Assembly: GCA_002726235.1 (NCBI GenBank)
Contig: PBSN01000004.1
Span: forward strand, 1-37,278
Source of the DNA: Nitrospiraceae bacterium
Lineage (GTDB): Bacteria > Nitrospirota > Nitrospiria > Nitrospirales > UBA2166
DNA: 37,278 nucleotides
Direction: 5' to 3'
Positions within the stretch are counted from its first letter, which is position 1, and every line of letters begins with the position of its first letter. A program made the translations under genes and the position numbers. The notes beneath the pieces are model-generated. The model was given only the letters and a program-made list of their open reading frames with translations. It did not search any database and was not told where the DNA came from. Positions 10,722 to 21,456 of this stretch are shown one piece after another.

Positions 10722-11006
10722 TTAATCCATCATCTTGGGAACTTGAAAATGGCCCTCATCGGCCTCGGGAGCATTCATCAACGCGCGTTCCCTAGGCAGG
10801 GAGTCCTCAAGCATATCTTCCCTCAACACATTATGCATGGGTGCGGCTGCAGAGGATGATCGCCCCTGGGTATCCATCTCGGCGAGGGCATCAAAATAGG
10901 TCAGAATATGACTTAACTGCGTGCTGAAGAGTTCGGTTTCGGATTCATCGATGCCGAGCCGAGCTAACTTCGCAACGTGTTGGACTTCATCCTTCGAAAT
11001 TTTCAT
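10722..11006 (-). CDS. gatC: Asp/Glu-tRNA amidotransferase subunit C
   Basis: VQHVAKLARL, NVLRED, NAP..GHFQVPK. Confidence 0.96.
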   Translation of the reverse strand: MKISKDEVQHVAKLARLGIDESETELFSTQLSHILTYFDALAEMDTQGRSSSAAAPMHNVLREDMLEDSLPRERALMNAPEADEGHFQVPKMMD

Positions 11007-11187
11007 TGGGCTATCCTACGGTGGCGGAGTTCACATAAAAAAAATCTAACGATCTCGCCTAAAAGTACCAAGCTGCAGATTACAATGACCCCCATAAGTG
11101 CATGTCCGTGTGGATCCATAGGGTTCTCGCTCATGCTCATGCCAAGACTCCTTCAAACTTGACCGCTTTGCATCCACATTTATTATT

Positions 11188-11499
11188 TTAAGATACAACC
11201 TCGCCAATTAACACAACGGGTTTAGTATTCGTGAAATTTGGTATATCAGCAAATGCAGCGTCTGCCTTGGATAATGTTAAATCCAGCGCCGCCTGATCTT
11301 CAAATACCAAAGTTGCAATAACATAATACCCAGCAGGAACATCTGGACACTCACCAGCAATACCCTTCGTAATAAGCGTACTCTGGATATGCGCGCCCAT
11401 GGTTTCGCCTACAATATTCAGATGCTTACCAAAATAATAATCATAATCAAAATTTGTTGTTTCGGTAACCGGGTATAATACTTGCACAGAGACTGCCAT
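11188..11499 (-). CDS. EthD family reductase (dimeric alpha/beta barrel)
   Basis: VLYP..FDYDYYFGKHL ... DIPNFTNTKP; GGAGG SD; visibly more AT-rich than the flanking genes. Confidence 0.88.
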   Translation of the reverse strand: MAVSVQVLYPVTETTNFDYDYYFGKHLNIVGETMGAHIQSTLITKGIAGECPDVPAGYYVIATLVFEDQAALDLTLSKADAAFADIPNFTNTKPVVLIGEVVS

Positions 11500-11605
11500 T
11501 GCTATCCTCCGGACTTTTTTGCCTCTGAGACATGCATTGTTTCAGTCATCTTCCTGCCAAACAAAAAAGAGATCCTTCGTGAATTCTAGAAGAGAACACC
11601 CAAAT

Positions 11606-13435
11606 CTATTCCACCGTAACACTCTTTGCCAAATTCCTCGGCTGATCAACATCTGTCCCGCGCAATACGGCAATGTGATATGCCAACAACTGAAGCGGAA
11701 CGGTCGTGAGAAACGGGGTAAACATGGGATCAGCATCGGGAATGCGATACACATCATCAGCCAAATCCCCAATAATATCGTCACCCTCGGTCACAATCGC
11801 GACCACACGCCCATTTCGAGCCTTTACTTCACGAACGGCGGTTACCATTTTACCATATAAATGGTCTCGCGGAGCCAGCACAACCACCGGCATTTGCCTG
11901 TCAATAAGGGCAATTGGCCCATGTTTCATTTCCCCGGCTGCATACCCTTCTGCATGGATGTACGAGATTTCCTTGAGTTTCAATGCGCCCTCAAGGGCAA
12001 TGGGGAAATTGAGCCCACGTCCAAGATAGAGTGCATCGGAATTCCGGTAGTATTTTTCCGCAATCGCCTGAATTGCTTGTTCCGTGGCTAAAATGCGTGT
12101 GATTTGAGACGCGATTCCTGCCAGGTTACGACACCACGCTATCCCATCTTCAGAGGACATCACCCCTCGTGTTCGGCCTAGGAGCAGTGTGAGGAGGTAA
12201 AATGCCGAGACTTGCCCGATAAAGGCCTTTGTTGACGCAACCCCAATCTCTGGGCCTGCATGGGTATACAGTATTCCATCAGCCTCACGCGTCATGGTGC
12301 TGCCAAGCGAGTTGCACAGTGCAATAACGTGCGCGCCGTGAGCGGTCGCTTCGCGTGTCCCTGCCAAGGTATCAGCAGTCTCACCGGATTGAGAAACGCC
12401 AATCACGACATCGTCTTTGTTGAGCAACGAGTTGCGATGTCTAAATTCCGATCCCAACTCAACATGAACCGGCAGTTTTGCCACTGTCTCGATGAGGTAC
12501 TTCCCTATCAATGCAGAATGCCATGATGTTCCACATGCTACTACCCACAGGCGCGCTAGCTTACGAATTGCGTCTGGGGAAAGTCCAAGATCAGGAAGCG
12601 AGGCTTCGCCGCGTTCTGGGTTATATTGCCCCATGATGGTGTGAAGGATGGTTTGCGGTTGCTCGTGAATCTCCTTGAGCATGAAGTGCCGATAGCCAGC
12701 CTTTTCAGCCATGCCTGGCGTCCAATTGATGTGAGTGGGAGTCTTTTTATGAGTATCTCCATCCAGATCCGTAATCGTGATCTGGTTGTTTGCCACCGTA
12801 CAGGTTTCGCCATCATCCAGAAAAATGATCTTTCGCGTATGATGCAGAATTGCCGGAATATCAGAAGCAATGAAGAATTCCCCGTCACCCAATCCGACTA
12901 CAAGGGGACAACCCACACGTGCCGCGATGAGCATCCCTGGAGCATCCTCACTCAACATGACAATGGCATAGCTACCCGCCAAATCCTTGAGCCCTAACCG
13001 AACGGCTTCCTGGAACCGATGTCCTTTGGCCATCCACCGATGAATGAGATGCGCCACCACTTCCGAGTCGGTTTCTGACTGAAACTCGTACCCGTCACTG
13101 GCAAGGTCCTGCTTCAATTCGACATAGTTTTCAATGATTCCGTTGTGGACCAACACAAGATGATCGGATCGATGCGGATGGGCATTGGCTTCGGTNGGTT
13201 CCCCATGTGTCGCCCAACGTGTATGTCCAATGCCCACGGTCCCTGGCATGGGTGCCCCATTGATCATATTCTGGAGATTCGCTAGCTTGCCGCTTGCACG
13301 CCACACGGCGATGTTTTTTTCATGGAAAGTGGCAATTCCCGCAGAATCATATCCGCGATACTCAAGCCGTCTAAGCGAATCCATCAGCAACGGGGAAGCC
13401 TGTTGTTCCCCGGCATAACCCACTATTCCACACAT
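11606..13435 (-). CDS. glmS: Glutamine--fructose-6-phosphate aminotransferase
   Basis: [24 protein letters not shown]-terminal [11 protein letters not shown]. Confidence 0.99.
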   Translation of the reverse strand: MCGIVGYAGEQQASPLLMDSLRRLEYRGYDSAGIATFHEKNIAVWRASGKLANLQNMINGAPMPGTVGIGHTRWATHGEXTEANAHPHRSDHLVLVHNGIIENYVELKQDLASDGYEFQSETDSEVVAHLIHRWMAKGHRFQEAVRLGLKDLAGSYAIVMLSEDAPGMLIAARVGCPLVVGLGDGEFFIASDIPAILHHTRKIIFLDDGETCTVANNQITITDLDGDTHKKTPTHINWTPGMAEKAGYRHFMLKEIHEQPQTILHTIMGQYNPERGEASLPDLGLSPDAIRKLARLWVVACGTSWHSALIGKYLIETVAKLPVHVELGSEFRHRNSLLNKDDVVIGVSQSGETADTLAGTREATAHGAHVIALCNSLGSTMTREADGILYTHAGPEIGVASTKAFIGQVSAFYLLTLLLGRTRGVMSSEDGIAWCRNLAGIASQITRILATEQAIQAIAEKYYRNSDALYLGRGLNFPIALEGALKLKEISYIHAEGYAAGEMKHGPIALIDRQMPVVVLAPRDHLYGKMVTAVREVKARNGRVVAIVTEGDDIIGDLADDVYRIPDADPMFTPFLTTVPLQLLAYHIAVLRGTDVDQPRNLAKSVTVE

Positions 13436-13560
13436 ATATGTCCATACCTCAAGAATAGTGATGAGTGATCAGCATGTAGCAAACCACGAAAAGCAACTGC
13501 GCTTAAATTTTTTAGGCGCATTATTCTACATCGAAGGCGAACGTTGAACACTGAGAGCTC

Positions 13561-14952
13561 TTATCTCACTTTCCTGTTCCGCTTCAATCCTCTGGCTGGT
13601 TTATTCACCTGTTTTGATCGCGCAATGCCACAATCCTCTGGTGGAACATCTTTTGTGATTGTGGATCCTGCCGCAATTAGAGCGCCTGCTCCAATTTTGA
13701 GCGGGGCCACTAATGCGGAATTGCTGCCAATGAACGTGTCATCTTCGATGATCGTTTCATGTTTTTGTGCACCATCATAGTTGCAGGTAATCGTACCCGC
13801 GCCAATATTTACATCACGACCAATGCGCGAATCACCAAGATAGCTAAGATGGCTCGCCTTTGAGCCTTGTCCCAAAATCGTTTTCTTTATCTCAACGAAA
13901 TTTCCCACCTTGGATTTCTGCTCAAGAAGTGATCCAGGCCTCAGATGCGCAAACGGACCAACGACAACCTCATCGCGGATAATCGAATCTGAAATAACCG
14001 ACGAGTCTAGGATCGTGACCGCACGACCAAGCACACTATCGGTAATGCGCACACCAGATCGGATCACACAATTCTCCCCAACTGTTGTGGCGCCCTCGAG
14101 TGTGGTGTGAGGATACANGACAGTGTCCTGCCCAATATCAACGGCATAGTCGATGTAGGTGCTCTGCGGATCTAGTAACGTCACTCCGCTGCCCATGACA
14201 CGTTCCCTGATTTTCCGGCGCACTAAGCCCTCGACGTTTGCAAGATCGACGCGACTATTAATGCCATGTGCCTCTGCAGGATCATCTAGTAATAACGCCA
14301 CAGCTCCCTTCCCTTTTGCCACTGCGGTCTCAACCGTATCGGTTAGGTAGTACTCGTTTTGAGCGTTTTTGGGTTGAATCTCATCCAACGCAGAAAAGAG
14401 AAATGATGGAGTAAAAACATACGTTCCGGCATTGATCTCCGAAATTTTGAGTTCTTCCGGCGAAGCGTCAACCTCTTCAACGATCTTCGATATACGGTTG
14501 CCGTCACTTCGCACAACCCGCCCATATCCTTTTGGATTGGGAATCTTGGCAGTTAACATCGTGACCGACGGTTGCTCATGTTTTTGGAGGGATATGAGGC
14601 GTCCAATCGTCTGTTCAGTAAGCAGGGGAACATCGCCATTGAGAATCAAGATCGTCTGAATGTCTTCGCCAACGACAGATTTAGTGACCATAATGGCATC
14701 TCCGGTTCCACGCTGTGTCGGTTGCTCGACAATGGTCAGCGAAAGGTGGTGCTGAGTCGCTAAAAAATCTCGAACCTGCTCTTGCTCATGACCAATCACA
14801 GGGATAATAATATCGGGTTGAAGCCGCTGTGCAACATCAATTGCATAGCGCAACATGGGGACACCAGCAACGGGATGCAATACCTTTGGAAGCGTAGATT
14901 TCATGCGCTTCCCTTGACCCGCAGCAAGAATGATGACGGCAAGTCCACTCAT
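13561..14952 (-). CDS. glmU: Bifunctional UDP-GlcNAc pyrophosphorylase / GlcN-1-P acetyltransferase
   Basis: [11 protein letters not shown], hexapeptide repeats, [19 protein letters not shown]. Confidence 0.99.
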   Translation of the reverse strand: MSGLAVIILAAGQGKRMKSTLPKVLHPVAGVPMLRYAIDVAQRLQPDIIIPVIGHEQEQVRDFLATQHHLSLTIVEQPTQRGTGDAIMVTKSVVGEDIQTILILNGDVPLLTEQTIGRLISLQKHEQPSVTMLTAKIPNPKGYGRVVRSDGNRISKIVEEVDASPEELKISEINAGTYVFTPSFLFSALDEIQPKNAQNEYYLTDTVETAVAKGKGAVALLLDDPAEAHGINSRVDLANVEGLVRRKIRERVMGSGVTLLDPQSTYIDYAVDIGQDTVXYPHTTLEGATTVGENCVIRSGVRITDSVLGRAVTILDSSVISDSIIRDEVVVGPFAHLRPGSLLEQKSKVGNFVEIKKTILGQGSKASHLSYLGDSRIGRDVNIGAGTITCNYDGAQKHETIIEDDTFIGSNSALVAPLKIGAGALIAAGSTITKDVPPEDCGIARSKQVNKPARGLKRNRKVR

Positions 14953-14961
14953 TCTATTGCA

Positions 14962-15645
14962 CTACCCATCGTCTTTCGCATATTGGCCAAACGGGACACC
15001 TGTATGATCTTCGGTTACTGCTGACGTATGCTGAGCAGATGGGACGTATAGTCCACCAGACACGATCATTTTCATCGCATCGTCGACGCTAATGGAGAGT
15101 GAAACAGCCTCGTCCTCGGGGATCACGAGATAGTAGCCCGAAGTCGGATTTGGGGAAGTCGGGACATAGACATTAATCAAGCGCTTGTGGGAGATATGCT
15201 GCATTTCTTTGGGTACTGTCCCTGTGACAAACGCAAAGCAATAACAGCCGTCCTTCGGAAACTGAATCATGACGACTTTGTGAAACTTATCCTTCTGCTG
15301 AATAGAAATAATATCGGTTACAGATTTCAACGTGGAGTAGATGCCCTGAACAATCGGCACGCTTTTCACCCACGCTTCCCATCGCTGATGCAGTTGTTGC
15401 CCAACGATGTTAGTTGTCAGTATTCCAGCTAGAAGTACCACACCGATAAGCATGACAATTCCAAGCCCCGGGATATACCAACCGGTCAAACCAGAGAAAA
15501 GATCGCCGAATATGCCGTCAAAAAAGGCGAGGAGCGTTTGGAGGATAAGAAAGGTTCCCCAGATTGGGATCACGACCAGAAGCCCAGTGAAAAAGTANCG
15601 CTTAAGCTTGGCCTTATCGAGGGTTATCGGCAACATGAAAATCAC
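14962..15645 (-). CDS. DUF502 membrane protein
   Basis: FFTGLLVVIP, IPIVQGIY, VYVPTSPNPTSGY; exact start uncertain. Confidence 0.9.
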   Translation of the reverse strand: MIFMLPITLDKAKLKXYFFTGLLVVIPIWGTFLILQTLLAFFDGIFGDLFSGLTGWYIPGLGIVMLIGVVLLAGILTTNIVGQQLHQRWEAWVKSVPIVQGIYSTLKSVTDIISIQQKDKFHKVVMIQFPKDGCYCFAFVTGTVPKEMQHISHKRLINVYVPTSPNPTSGYYLVIPEDEAVSLSISVDDAMKMIVSGGLYVPSAQHTSAVTEDHTGVPFGQYAKDDG

Positions 15646-15712
15646 AAATTCTTATGAAATTTCAACAAGATGGGGATGATATCAGCCTTGTCGACTGCCA
15701 CGCAACGATTTC

Positions 15713-15741
15713 TTGCTATTCACGATACCATGGGCTAGTAT
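15713..15741 (+). promoter_or_regulatory. sigma70-type promoter for tmk-holB-metG
   Basis: TTGCTA - 17 nt - TAGTAT. Confidence 0.5.
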
Positions 15742-15782
15742 CGGCTCGGATTTTGGGCTACCTGCCAGACAATGCCATCTTT

Positions 15783-16430
15783 ATGAAAACAAAGCGCCGT
15801 TTCGGGGCATTCATCACGTTTGAGGGAGGGGAAGGAAGCGGGAAAACCACCCAAATCCCTTATTTAGCACAGTATTTGAGGTCAGTTGGATGCCCGGTCT
15901 TGGTGACCAAGGAGCCCGGTGGAACGAGATCAGGTCGAGCAATACGCTCGATTCTTCTCAAGAATACCACCAATCCCATTGATTCCAGATGTGAACTATT
16001 CCTCTATCTTGCGGATCGAGCACAACACATTACAGAAGTCGTGCGGCCCGCATTGGAAGCGGGAAAGATTGTCATTTGCGATCGCCATGCTGATGCAACT
16101 ATGGCCTATCAAGCGTTTGGGCGAAAGCTGAATTTGAAGTTCATTGCGACCCTCAACCACTTTGCCACTGGAGGGTTGAAGCCGGCACTCACGTTTCTCC
16201 TCGATCAGCCTCCTGAAGTAGGACTAGCGAGATGTCGAAATCGGGAGCTAATGAATCGACTCGATCTCGAGGAGCTGACCTTCCACAGACGTGTGAGNAG
16301 AGGATACCGTAAACTCGCGCGCTCAGATTCCGAACGAATCCGGGTCATTGACGCCAAGCAAACTCCAGAGAAGGTCGAAGCCGCAATTCAACGCTATGCT
16401 CAACAGTTTTTCAAGGAACAATTGCACTAG
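15783..16430 (+). CDS. tmk: Thymidylate kinase
   Basis: FITFEGGEGSGKTTQ, KEPGGT, ICDRH..AYQ; start reassigned to MKTKRR. Confidence 0.97.
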   Translation: MKTKRRFGAFITFEGGEGSGKTTQIPYLAQYLRSVGCPVLVTKEPGGTRSGRAIRSILLKNTTNPIDSRCELFLYLADRAQHITEVVRPALEAGKIVICDRHADATMAYQAFGRKLNLKFIATLNHFATGGLKPALTFLLDQPPEVGLARCRNRELMNRLDLEELTFHRRVXRGYRKLARSDSERIRVIDAKQTPEKVEAAIQRYAQQFFKEQLH

Positions 16431-16630
16431 CAAGATGCTGAGAAAGCCGCCAGCGGCACTCTCGGCCTGTTGTCGTTCTCACGTACACCGTGTACGCTCC
16501 AGGCACCCACGGCTCTGTGCTCTTGCAGCCCAATTCTTTTCGAACTTTCCGCAGATGTTGTGGCGTTGATTGGGTGTACCATCATGCACGTAAAATGTGG
16601 AGCGTTTTGATTTTTTCAGCTGTCTGTTAG
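16427..16630. repeat. Intergenic MITE/REP-like repeat, copy 1
   Basis: Imperfect terminal inverted repeats CTAGCAAGATGCTGAGAAAG ... TTTTTTCAGCTGTCTGTTAG; shares GCCAGCGGC and GTACGCTC with copy 2; central hairpin CGTACA-CCG-TGTACG. Confidence 0.7.
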
Positions 16631-16632
16631 AT

Positions 16633-17643
16633 ATGCCATTCGATGCCATCATTGGTCATGATCGGCCAAAGCAGATATTGCAAGCAGCCCTTAAAAAAGA
16701 ACGGCTCGCCCATGCCTACCTGTTTTTCGGAGATAACGGCATCGGCAAATTGCTGACAGCGAAAATGCTCGCACAAGCCGTTAATTGTGAAGAGCCAGTG
16801 AAAAGTGGCGCGGATGCGTGTGGTCAGTGCTGGGCATGCAAGCAGATTGAAAACGCGGTCCATCCCGACGTGTTTTACATTGCACCCGATGGCACCCAGA
16901 TCAAGATCGCACAGATCCGCGAAATGCAGGACTACCTAGTCTATCGGGCGCTCATCGGACGCTATAAGGTTTACATCGTAGATGATGCGGATCGGATGAA
17001 CATACCCACTGCCAACTGTCTCCTAAAAGTACTCGAAGAACCCCCGGATCACAGCTTGATTCTTCTCATCAGTTCTCGACCCCGGCATCTCCTGCCTACC
17101 ATTCGATCACGATGCCAGGGCCTTCGATTTGCGTCGTTATCGCTGCAAGAGGTTCAAGAAGCTGTTGAGCGCCAGCAACAGCGATCAGCGGAGGAAGCCA
17201 AGCTTGTTGCCGGTTTCTCTCAAGGGCGTCTTGGTGTGGCGTTCGGAACTGATCCTGTCGGGGTCCGCGAAGAACGAGATTGCATCGTCAATACGGTTGG
17301 GATCGATTCATTAATGCAAGGCGGAATCCTCCAGGCATTCAATGCATCGGAAGCCCTGGCTAAAGGCGAGTCTCTAGACACCGCTTTAACCTGGCTTGCA
17401 CATTGGCTCAGAGACATCCTCATTCTTAAGATTTCAAACAAACCAGAACGTCTGATGAACCATGANCGCCTCGCAGATCTTGCTCGGGCAGGTGAACGAT
17501 GTACAGCGGAAGCCATCATCGGGTTATTAGAAGGAATTGAAACCATGCGCCAGGGGCGCCAGCGGAATCTGAATTCCCGGTTACAGATGGAAGTTCTCCT
17601 GCTCAAGATTCATGATGCTTTTGAGGTGGCTACCACACCATGA
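16633..17643 (+). CDS. holB: DNA polymerase III subunit delta'
   Basis: AHAYLFFG..GIGK, Zn module C..CGQCWAC, HPD, ANCLLKVLEEP, LLPTIRSRC. Confidence 0.96.
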   Translation: MPFDAIIGHDRPKQILQAALKKERLAHAYLFFGDNGIGKLLTAKMLAQAVNCEEPVKSGADACGQCWACKQIENAVHPDVFYIAPDGTQIKIAQIREMQDYLVYRALIGRYKVYIVDDADRMNIPTANCLLKVLEEPPDHSLILLISSRPRHLLPTIRSRCQGLRFASLSLQEVQEAVERQQQRSAEEAKLVAGFSQGRLGVAFGTDPVGVREERDCIVNTVGIDSLMQGGILQAFNASEALAKGESLDTALTWLAHWLRDILILKISNKPERLMNHXRLADLARAGERCTAEAIIGLLEGIETMRQGRQRNLNSRLQMEVLLLKIHDAFEVATTP

Positions 17644-19559
17644 AATCGACATTTTACATCACCACGCCGATTTATTATGTCAACGACGTTCCCCACATCG
17701 GACATGCCTACACCACCATCGCCGCCGATGTGTTGGCGCGATATCACCGATTAACAGGATCACAAACATTCTTCTTGACCGGAACTGACGAACATGGACA
17801 AAAGGTTCAGCAAGCCGCAGAAAATCAAGGCGTCAATCCTCAAACGTACACCGATAACATTGTCACCCGTTTTCAAGATCTGTGGAAGAGCCTTGCCATT
17901 TCGAATAACGATTTCATCCGCACTACGGAATCCCGCCACACCAAGGTCGTTCACGAGATATTGAACACCCTTTTGAAGAACGGGGATCTGTACGAAAATA
18001 CGTATGAAGGGTGGTATTGCCTATTTGATGAACGGTTTTGGACTGAAAAAGACATCGTTGACGGGAATTGCCCTGATTGCCACCGGCCGGTCGAGCAGAT
18101 CAAAGAGTCAAACTATTTCTTTAGGATGGGACGCCATCGAGATTGGCTCATTGAATACATAAACGCGCATCCAGACTTTATTCGGCCTGATACTCGCAGA
18201 AATGAAGTGCTCGGATTTCTTCAGCAACCCCTTGGGGACCTGTGTATCTCACGACCAAAAAGTCGTTTGAGCTGGGGCATTTCGCTTCCATTTGCCGAAG
18301 ACTACGTGACCTATGTGTGGTTCGATGCACTCGTCAACTACATCTCTGCGATCAGTTATCTTGGCGATGATACAACGTTCAAGACTTGGTGGCCGGTGAG
18401 CGTACATCTTATCGGAAAGGACATTCTGACCACACATTCGGTGTATTGGACGACGATGTTGCATGCCATGGGGCTGGAAATGCCTAGAACCATCTTCGCA
18501 CACGGCTGGTGGACCGTCGATGGCGAAAAGATGTCGAAAAGCCGTGGCAATGTGGTCGATCCCAATGCCATGGTACGTGAGTTTGGCGTCGATGCGTTTC
18601 GCTATTTTCTGCTCCGTGAAATTCCATTTGGACAAGATGGCGATTTTTCAAAAAGCGCTATGATTCAGCGCGTCAATAGTGAATTAGCGAATGACGTCGG
18701 CAACCTCCTCAATCGAAGTCTCACGATGATTGAGCGATTTGCAGGAGGAATAGTGCCTCCGCCTAGACCATCTCAAGACGGAGACCTTGAAAGAGAAATT
18801 AAGGAAGCCGTGGGAGGCATGAAAGACCGTCTCGACATGCGCCTTGGCGCGTTGGAATTTCATCGAGCCATCGAAGAGATTTGGCGTGTGGTCGAACTGG
18901 GCAACCAATACATCGAACGCTCAGCGCCGTGGAAACTGGCTAAAGATCACACAAAGAAAGAAACCCTCGAGAATGTGCTGTGCACTCAAATGGAAATTCT
19001 TTACTGGCTCACGCTATTTTTCTATCCGTTCATGCCCCAGACCGCTGAAGCAATGGCAAAACAGCTTGGGATAACCATCCATTTTTCCAATCCCCTCCTT
19101 GGGACGACGAGATGGGGAGCATTTCCATCTGGAACCACAGTTGCTAAAGGAAAACCATTGTTCCCACGAATCGAAACCCAACCGACGCAACCAGAACCAG
19201 TAGTGCTGGCGGACCCCGCTGGCACTTCAGAAGTCCCGCTAATCGGTATCGAGGATTTTCTGAAGGTTCAACTGAAAATAGGAAACGTGGTTGCTGCCGA
19301 AGCCGTGCCAAAGTCGAAGAAACTCCTGAAGCTCCGAGTGGACATAGGCACTGAAACAAGGCAGATTGTCGCTGGCATCGCGACCAAATATGCTCCGGAA
19401 GAGATAATCGGGAAACGCGTCGTCATTGTCGCAAACCTTAAACCAGCGAAACTCATGGGAGTCGAGTCCCAAGGCATGGTGCTTGCCGCAGGAGACAGGG
19501 AAGTTGAGGGACTGTTATCGGTGCTTGAGTCGGTAGAAGCCGGAACGAAGGTAAAGTAG
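17640..19559 (+). CDS. metG: Methionine--tRNA ligase with C-terminal tRNA-binding domain
   Basis: HIGH, GTDEHG, YVWFDAL, KMSKS, C-terminal OB fold. Confidence 0.99.
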   Translation: MKSTFYITTPIYYVNDVPHIGHAYTTIAADVLARYHRLTGSQTFFLTGTDEHGQKVQQAAENQGVNPQTYTDNIVTRFQDLWKSLAISNNDFIRTTESRHTKVVHEILNTLLKNGDLYENTYEGWYCLFDERFWTEKDIVDGNCPDCHRPVEQIKESNYFFRMGRHRDWLIEYINAHPDFIRPDTRRNEVLGFLQQPLGDLCISRPKSRLSWGISLPFAEDYVTYVWFDALVNYISAISYLGDDTTFKTWWPVSVHLIGKDILTTHSVYWTTMLHAMGLEMPRTIFAHGWWTVDGEKMSKSRGNVVDPNAMVREFGVDAFRYFLLREIPFGQDGDFSKSAMIQRVNSELANDVGNLLNRSLTMIERFAGGIVPPPRPSQDGDLEREIKEAVGGMKDRLDMRLGALEFHRAIEEIWRVVELGNQYIERSAPWKLAKDHTKKETLENVLCTQMEILYWLTLFFYPFMPQTAEAMAKQLGITIHFSNPLLGTTRWGAFPSGTTVAKGKPLFPRIETQPTQPEPVVLADPAGTSEVPLIGIEDFLKVQLKIGNVVAAEAVPKSKKLLKLRVDIGTETRQIVAGIATKYAPEEIIGKRVVIVANLKPAKLMGVESQGMVLAAGDREVEGLLSVLESVEAGTKVK

Positions 19560-19664
19560 AGCTTTTGGCATGATATTCCTGACAACTGCGAGTGAACTGA
19601 GTTGTTGATGGCCGCAACAACAAACCATGAGAAACATCATGGGAAGATGGAGGTTGATTAGCAG

Positions 19665-20063
19665 GTGAAAGTGGGGAAGTTGCTTCACACCCGCATGAGG
19701 GTAAGCGACATGGAACAGACAATCAACTTTTATACAGATGTGCTTGGATTGGAAGTGTTGCAGAGGCAAACGTCCCCACGCGGTTCACATCTCGCGTTTT
19801 TGAAAACATCTAACAGTGAAGAACTGATTGAGTTGTGCAGCTTTCCCGCAAGTGGCGAGGTGCAGGTTCAAAAAGATCTTGTTCATTTGGCGTTTCAAGT
19901 CGACGATATGGATCAGGCCATAGAAGAGCTCAATGCCAAAGGTGTTCCAATCACCGATGGTCCAACGACTACCTCATCAGGTTATCGTTTTATTTTCATT
20001 GATGCGCCCGATGGGTACGAAATCGAACTGATCCAACGGCTCCCGGAAATGGCCATTGTGTAG
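19665..20063 (+). CDS. VOC family protein (lactoylglutathione lyase-like)
   Basis: LHTRMRV..FYTDVLGL, IEL, HLAF, FIDAPDGYEIEL metal-ligand pattern; GGAGG SD. Confidence 0.9.
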   Translation: MKVGKLLHTRMRVSDMEQTINFYTDVLGLEVLQRQTSPRGSHLAFLKTSNSEELIELCSFPASGEVQVQKDLVHLAFQVDDMDQAIEELNAKGVPITDGPTTTSSGYRFIFIDAPDGYEIELIQRLPEMAIV

Positions 20064-20090
20064 CAAAACATTCCCCTTCCCCTCCAAGAG

Positions 20091-20882
20091 GTGTTTCCCC
20101 TTCCTCGTGTGGACCGGTGGCAATTAGTGGGTAGTCACACAATCGCCTCGGCTNCCGTTGTACGGATGGTTTTTGGAGGATCTGTCCTCGCGGTGCTTGC
20201 TGCGGTCACCACCATGCTTTCTGGATTTGGCACCCAAAGCGAATGGTGGGATTTCAGAGTTGGTTTTATGGTTCTCAAATGGGGTGCGTACAGTGCGGCG
20301 GTGGCCGGCATCTTATGTTTTGGGGGTGGCATGTGGGCCAGCATGTCCGGCCACTATCACAGTGCGTTCGTAGCGGCAGCCTGCTTGTTATTGAGCATGA
20401 TCGTCATGGGTATTCCCTGGAGTTGGAAACATACGGTCTCTCAAGTTCCGCCTATTCACGATATTAGTACTGATATGGTCGTGCCTCCTGAGTTTGTGAG
20501 GATCCTTCCCCTCCGAAAGAACGCGCCGAATCCTGCAACGTATGGGGGGCTGGAGATCGCGTCCCAGCAACGTGAAGCCTATCCTGATCTCACCTCTTTG
20601 GTGCTTGATCGACCGACCGACCATGTGTTTGTACAGGCCCTTGACGTCATTGATCATATTGGATGGGAACTCGTTGATGCATCACCCACAGAGGGACGAA
20701 TTGAAGCGGTCGACACTACCTTTTGGTTTGGATTTAAGGATGATGTGGTGATTCGTGTTCTTCCATCAAAGGCTGGAAGCAAAGTTGACGTTCGGTCGGT
20801 GTCACGTGTGGGGCGTAGTGACGTGGGCAGTAATGCCAGACGCATTCGAACCTTTCTTGCCTCAATGAATGCCCAGGAGTAG
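20091..20882 (+). CDS. DUF1499 membrane protein
   Basis: Three TM helices then PPIHDISTD, IEAVDTTFWFGFKDDVVIRV, VDVRSVSRVGRSDVGSNARRI; start uncertain. Confidence 0.9.
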   Translation: MFPLPRVDRWQLVGSHTIASAXVVRMVFGGSVLAVLAAVTTMLSGFGTQSEWWDFRVGFMVLKWGAYSAAVAGILCFGGGMWASMSGHYHSAFVAAACLLLSMIVMGIPWSWKHTVSQVPPIHDISTDMVVPPEFVRILPLRKNAPNPATYGGLEIASQQREAYPDLTSLVLDRPTDHVFVQALDVIDHIGWELVDASPTEGRIEAVDTTFWFGFKDDVVIRVLPSKAGSKVDVRSVSRVGRSDVGSNARRIRTFLASMNAQE

Positions 20883-21075
20883 AAAAATGCGGCGCTGTTT
20901 TATGGCTGAAATTTTCGTACGCGTATTGACCGGTACTCTGTTTAAACATCCTGTGGAGAGTCAAGGCGGTATCATGTACTCTCGTGCACCAATCTCTCAC
21001 TGGCGTGAAAATCGTTTTACCCATGCTGTCTGCCCATTATAAATCAGCACGTTGACTCTCTGCTTGCAAGACATC

Positions 21076-21104
21076 TTGCTTTTTTTGTGCTTCGCTTCTA
21101 TGGT
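21076..21104 (+). promoter_or_regulatory. sigma70-type promoter for the riboswitch/btu operon
   Basis: TTGCTT - 17 nt - TATGGT just upstream of the aptamer. Confidence 0.55.
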
Positions 21105-21121
21105 GAGGCTCTAACAGATGC

Positions 21122-21296
21122 TGTTCGGGTGTTCATGTTTGTGTGACATGAACGAAAAGGGAAATGGGTGCAGTGCCCATGCGGTCCCGCCGCTGTGATG
21201 GGGGACGAAACTCAGGAAATGCCACTGGGAACCTGAAGGTTTCTGGGAAGGCCTGAGGAGTAGGACGATCTCAAAGCCAGAAGACCTGCCCGAGCA
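21122..21296 (+). ncRNA. Cobalamin (B12) riboswitch
   Basis: Closing helix TGTTCGGG/CCCGAGCA; AAAGGGAA, CCCGCCGCTGTGA, GCCACTGGGA..GGGAAGGC, and B12-box AAGCCAGAAGACCTGCC; lies upstream of a btuB-like gene. Confidence 0.96.
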
Positions 21297-21351
21297 CGTA
21301 AAATCTTTTCTCGTGGGTTAGAGAAGGTGTGAGGGTGAAGAAACTGGGTGC

Positions 21352-21391
21352 AATCCTCAAGATCCGAATCGGGTCTTGAGGATTTTTTTTT
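21352..21391 (+). terminator. Intrinsic terminator of the riboswitch expression platform
   Basis: AATCCTCAAGATCCG-AAT-CGGGTCTTGAGGATT hairpin followed by a T run. Confidence 0.9.
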
Positions 21392-21456
21392 GGTTTTCGT
21401 CCCACAAGACATTCTCTGCCCCTAACCTTTTGGAAGATAAAAGAGGGGGGGGAGGC

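Noticed and set aside
13436..13560. glmS ribozyme upstream of glmS
   Set aside because: Only a TGCGCC-like fragment on the minus strand; the conserved AGCGCC..ACU and GACGAGG core is absent and the spacer is short.
20883..20955. Third copy of the MITE-like repeat (CGTACGC ... TTTAAACATCCTG)
   Set aside because: Lacks GCCAGCGGC and a matching left end; too degenerate to support without an HMM search.
21376..21456. N-terminal extension of btuB in the ORF track (similarly for gatA, tmk, holB, btuC and the 2750 gene)
   Set aside because: Overlaps the terminator or upstream genes; downstream starts fit SD and signal-peptide positions better.
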